Part shown: positions 62,941-64,000 of the stretch, piece after piece
Layout of the letters: the number at the start of each line of letters is the position of its first letter
Numbering within the stretch: the first letter of the stretch is position 1
Assembly (NCBI GenBank): GCA_903896615.1
Contig: CAITYM010000048.1
Coordinates: forward strand, 4,750-68,749
Source of the DNA: an uncultured Burkholderiales bacterium
GTDB taxonomy: Bacteria > Pseudomonadota > Gammaproteobacteria > Burkholderiales > Burkholderiaceae_C
Direction of reading: 5' to 3'
DNA length: 64,000 bases
Made by a program: the position numbers and the translations under genes
Notes under the pieces: generated by a model
Database searches by the model: none
What the model was told of the DNA's origin: nothing
What the model saw: only the letters and a program-made list of their open reading frames with translations

Positions 62941-63230
62941 AATATTCCAATTTGTTTTACAGGAAGATTAGACTATATTGTTTTATTAATAATTAGTATT
63001 GATAAAAATCACAGGACTAATTTAATTAGTTAATTTAAGAAAAATAATCACACAAGGTGTATTTTTTTATATTACTTTCAATTAACACGCGGCGCTCGCA
63101 CTATTTAATCTTTACTAGCCCATGAGTATTTACTGCGTTCGTCTCAGTTATTTTGATTGCTGCAACAAGGCCAATTCAAAATTATTGAAACCATATTGGT
63201 CAATCACGCCTAACACTCTCCAGTTAATCG

Positions 63231-63698
63231 TCAAAATCTAGAGGATGTTTTTGCTGCTGTAATAGCATTTTTACTTACATCAAAGGCTGACTGGGCAATT
63301 GAAACCGCCATTGAAGCGATTGGATTTTCGCTATCAGCTAAGGACTTTAGTGCTTGCTCACCTATGTGAGTATGATCATTGACATGACTTTGGCAAAGCG
63401 CCATTAAATTTGACTGAGTCTCACCGCCCAGCAGATAGGCTGAGGTTGCAAAATTTGTATATTCCTTTATTTTACTGGTTACATTCTTCGCGATTAATTT
63501 ATTCGCCTCGCCATAATCTTTTAAATTTATTAACTCACTTACATGTAGCCTAGATGATTCCATTGCACGTTTGTTATGTGTAAAAATTAAGTCTATTAAT
63601 TTCACCGAACTCATTTGATATAAATTCATTAATGAAACAGTTTGATTCAAACACGTTGCCGCAAGGTTTTTATTTGATTTCATAATGCTCTCTTTCAT
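63231..63698 (-). CDS. Phasin-like helical protein
   Basis: All-helical 155-aa protein. The C-terminal NPIASMAVSIAQSAFDVSKNAITAAKTS resembles the phasin_2 C-terminal consensus. Confidence 0.4.
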   Translation of the reverse strand: MKESIMKSNKNLAATCLNQTVSLMNLYQMSSVKLIDLIFTHNKRAMESSRLHVSELINLKDYGEANKLIAKNVTSKIKEYTNFATSAYLLGGETQSNLMALCQSHVNDHTHIGEQALKSLADSENPIASMAVSIAQSAFDVSKNAITAAKTSSRF

Positions 63699-63707
63699 AT
63701 TTAATGC

Positions 63708-63965
63708 CTAACTTAATTGACCAATAGCCGAATTATTTAATCTCTCTGCCAACTCCATCGCCATGCCAATTTGTTCTGTTGCCTTTAAGGACAATCCATG
63801 AACACGCGTCGCATGATGCTTAGCTGCCTTGTAATATCCTTTCTCATGCAACCTTAATGCCTCTTTGTTGTGTGTATATGCTTTTAATATATTTGCACTC
63901 GTTTCCTCGTAAAAGTCTAATACGGAATTTTTCTTGGAACAATCCCTACCTTTGTCAAATGTCAT
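63708..63965 (-). CDS. Hypothetical 85-aa helical protein
   Basis: An ORF only, 9 nt upstream of the phasin-like gene on the same strand. I recognise no motif. Confidence 0.3.
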   Translation of the reverse strand: MTFDKGRDCSKKNSVLDFYEETSANILKAYTHNKEALRLHEKGYYKAAKHHATRVHGLSLKATEQIGMAMELAERLNNSAIGQLS

Positions 63966-64000
63966 CTTTTTACTTTCAATTACTTTTTTAATACTTGAAT

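Noticed and set aside
1-64000. I looked for CRISPR arrays, integrases, IS elements with terminal inverted repeats, prophage genes, retron or DGR reverse transcriptases, and classic toxin-antitoxin pairs.
   Set aside because: None was seen by eye. The only transposase-related gene is the solitary degenerate RAYT homolog. The only periodic repeats are the short coding Pro-Asn repeat and the 3 x 11-nt units at 4224-4256.

Overview
The window is almost entirely conserved betaproteobacterial (Burkholderiales-type) housekeeping sequence. Its gene order, relatively AT-rich sequence and short intergenic gaps fit a streamlined Polynucleobacter-like genome; that placement is my inference, not a search result.

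Nearly every gene from about 3.4 kb to 45 kb is on the minus strand. In transcription order they are:
- aroK-aroB-dgt, then DUF1415, a SAM methyltransferase and a RAYT-like gene
- gltBD
- mlaFEDACB, an ABC-2 exporter pair, ibaG and murA
- hisGDCBHAFIE, hinT and tatABC
- a degS-like protease, nif3 and pdxA
- petABC and sspAB
- tRNA-Thr
- secA, preceded on the minus strand by the divergent, plus-strand DUF721 gene, then a small wHTH gene

The rest of the window has partial argJ at the left edge, followed by a plus-strand TPR gene, and from about 45 kb mrcA, cyaY, an lptM-like gene, lysA, msrPQ, cytochrome c4, engB, two lpxL-family genes, metK, an acyl-CoA synthetase and a Bug-family binding protein.

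I found no CRISPR array, no intact mobile element, no prophage and no recognisable defence operon. Four places are not explained by standard annotation:
1. An AT-rich accessory islet runs from about 59.4 kb to the window end. It opens with a near-consensus LexA (SOS) operator on the promoter of an orphan 127-aa gene. It then carries SPFH, small wHTH, DUF1269/YflT-like, triple-BON and phasin-like genes.
2. The roughly 160-nt metK leader is highly structured, and one hairpin loop is complementary to the Shine-Dalgarno sequence.
3. A solitary RAYT/Y1-transposase homolog upstream of gltB has a degenerate HUH motif and no flanking REPs.
4. A 3-kb insertion between argJ and secA carries a TPR-glycosyltransferase fusion and a small wHTH gene paralogous to the one in the islet.

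All functional calls rest on motif recognition by eye. No database search was run.
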